From an uncultured delta proteobacterium (GTDB lineage Bacteria > Desulfobacterota > RBG-13-43-22), in NCBI GenBank assembly GCA_963802945.1, contig CAWDKY010000037.1, positions 1 to 38,047 on the forward strand: DNA of 38,047 nucleotides, in the 5' to 3' direction. The notes beneath the pieces were generated by a model, which was given only the letters and a program-made list of their open reading frames with translations, was not told where the DNA came from and ran no database searches. Numbering within the stretch: the stretch's first letter is position 1; each line of letters starts with the position of its first letter. A program made the position numbers and the translations under genes. Shown piece by piece: positions 36,720 to 38,047 of this stretch.

Positions 36720-38047
36720 ATGAAAGCTTCTCGATCATCACCAAAGAAGGACCAGAAGGATTTGGTCCTGCTAAAAGAACAGATCAAAGCCCTGGGAAAG
36801 GCCCTAAAGGCCTCTCAAAAAAAATTCAATCAATACTTTAACTTAATTGAAAATGCCCATGATATTATTTACGAAACAGACAATAATGGCCACTTGTCTT
36901 TTGTCAATCAGGTCACGGAGATGATCACCGGATATTCCAAGGAGAAACTTATTGGAGAGCATTACCTGGAATTAATTTCACCGGATTTTCAGAATGAAGC
37001 CGCCCGGTTCTATGGGAAGCAATTTGTTAATAAGATACGAAATACTTATTTTGAGCTCCCTCTCATCTCTAAGACCGGTGAAAGAATCTGGGTAGGTCAA
37101 CATGTCCAATTGTTGATACGTGGGGTCAAGGTGAATGGATTTCAGGCAATGGCCAGGGATATCACCAAGCAAAAACAAGTCGAAGAGGCCGTTAAAGGTT
37201 ATCAGGAACATCTGGAGGCGATGGTCGAAAGCCGGACTCTGGACCTGAAAAATCAAAATCAAGTATTGGAACAGGAAATTGCCGAAAGGAAGCAGGCAGA
37301 AGCAGCCCTTAAAGAGAGCGAAGAAAAATATCGAACTATTCTCGAAACCATTGAAGACGGCTATTATGAAGTGGATTTGGCCGGGAACCTGACGTTTTTT
37401 AATGATGCCATGGCCCGGATTAATGGGTATTCCAGGGATGAAATGGAAGGGATGAATCATAGACAATATACCGATCCTGAGAATGCCAAAGTATTATTTC
37501 GTGAATTTAATCGAATTTATCGCACCGGAAATTCCTCCAAAGGTATTTATTATGAAGTGATCACCAAGAATGGAGAAAAGAGGAGCGTAGAGACCTCCGT
37601 TTCTTTAATAAGGGATTCATCTGGAAAACCTTGTGGATTTAGGGGCATTTCCCGGGATATCACTGAACTGAAAAGGGCTCAGGAAGCCCTGCATACGGCC
37701 CATGCCAGAATGTCCCTGTTAATCAATTCCATTTCTTCCATTCTCATTGCCGTTTCTGAAGATAATCGGATCCTTTTTTGGAACACCGAGGCCGAGAAAC
37801 AATTTGGAATCCCGGAAAAAGATGTCCTCGGCAAACCTTTGGGCAACTTAGACATTCAGTGGGATTGGAATCAGGTCGCTAAAGGCATTGCCCTTTGCCG
37901 AAATAAAAAAAGTACTGTGGGTCTGGATAATGTTAAGTTTTTACAGCTCAATGGGAAAGAAGGTATTTTAGGCCTTAAGATTGCCCCTATTTTTGGAGAA
38001 AAATATCTGGAGATGGTGACCCTGATTCAAGGGGCCAATATCACCCA
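36720..38047 (+). CDS. Multi-PAS-domain sensor protein (probably histidine kinase), truncated by the window end
   Basis: LIENAHDIIYETDNNG..FVNQ..TGYSKE; EEKYRTILETIEDGYYEVDLAGNLTFFND; RDIT motifs; absent from the ORF track because there is no stop. Confidence 0.88.
   Translation, partial: MKASRSSPKKDQKDLVLLKEQIKALGKALKASQKKFNQYFNLIENAHDIIYETDNNGHLSFVNQVTEMITGYSKEKLIGEHYLELISPDFQNEAARFYGKQFVNKIRNTYFELPLISKTGERIWVGQHVQLLIRGVKVNGFQAMARDITKQKQVEEAVKGYQEHLEAMVESRTLDLKNQNQVLEQEIAERKQAEAALKESEEKYRTILETIEDGYYEVDLAGNLTFFNDAMARINGYSRDEMEGMNHRQYTDPENAKVLFREFNRIYRTGNSSKGIYYEVITKNGEKRSVETSVSLIRDSSGKPCGFRGISRDITELKRAQEALHTAHARMSLLINSISSILIAVSEDNRILFWNTEAEKQFGIPEKDVLGKPLGNLDIQWDWNQVAKGIALCRNKKSTVGLDNVKFLQLNGKEGILGLKIAPIFGEKYLEMVTLIQGANIT

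Noticed and set aside
36978-37466. 162-aa minus-strand ORF
   Set aside because: Antisense shadow of the PAS sensor gene on the plus strand

Overview
A 38-kb bacterial chromosomal segment; gene content and repeat types suggest a deltaproteobacterial (Desulfobacterota-like) anaerobe, which is an inference. The housekeeping and metabolic content is a frameshifted Mg2+ P-type ATPase, a cold-shock protein, an IorAB-like molybdoenzyme, a cobamide salvage/uptake cluster (cobU-cobS-cobC-btuB-btuF-btuC-btuD plus a tonB remnant) under two cobalamin riboswitches, nagZ and a PAS sensor. Two layers of gene-capture signal are woven through it. (1) Integron-type sites without any integrase gene in the window: five clear attC sites plus one degenerate one, and three attI-like sites. 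Two of the attI-like sites are near-identical, lie 19.5 kb apart and share a second conserved block at the same spacing. They head small minus-strand cassette arrays, one made of three putative defence nucleases (HEPN, PD-(D/E)XK, Mrr-like). (2) Remnants of REP-associated tyrosine (RAYT/Y1 HUH) transposases, one with a 27-bp terminal inverted repeat. Recurring '...TCCCC/ACCCC' end motifs bracket single cargo genes, and copies of host gene 3' ends (tonB x3, DUF362 x2) sit at the junctions. All alignments were made by eye and need computational confirmation.
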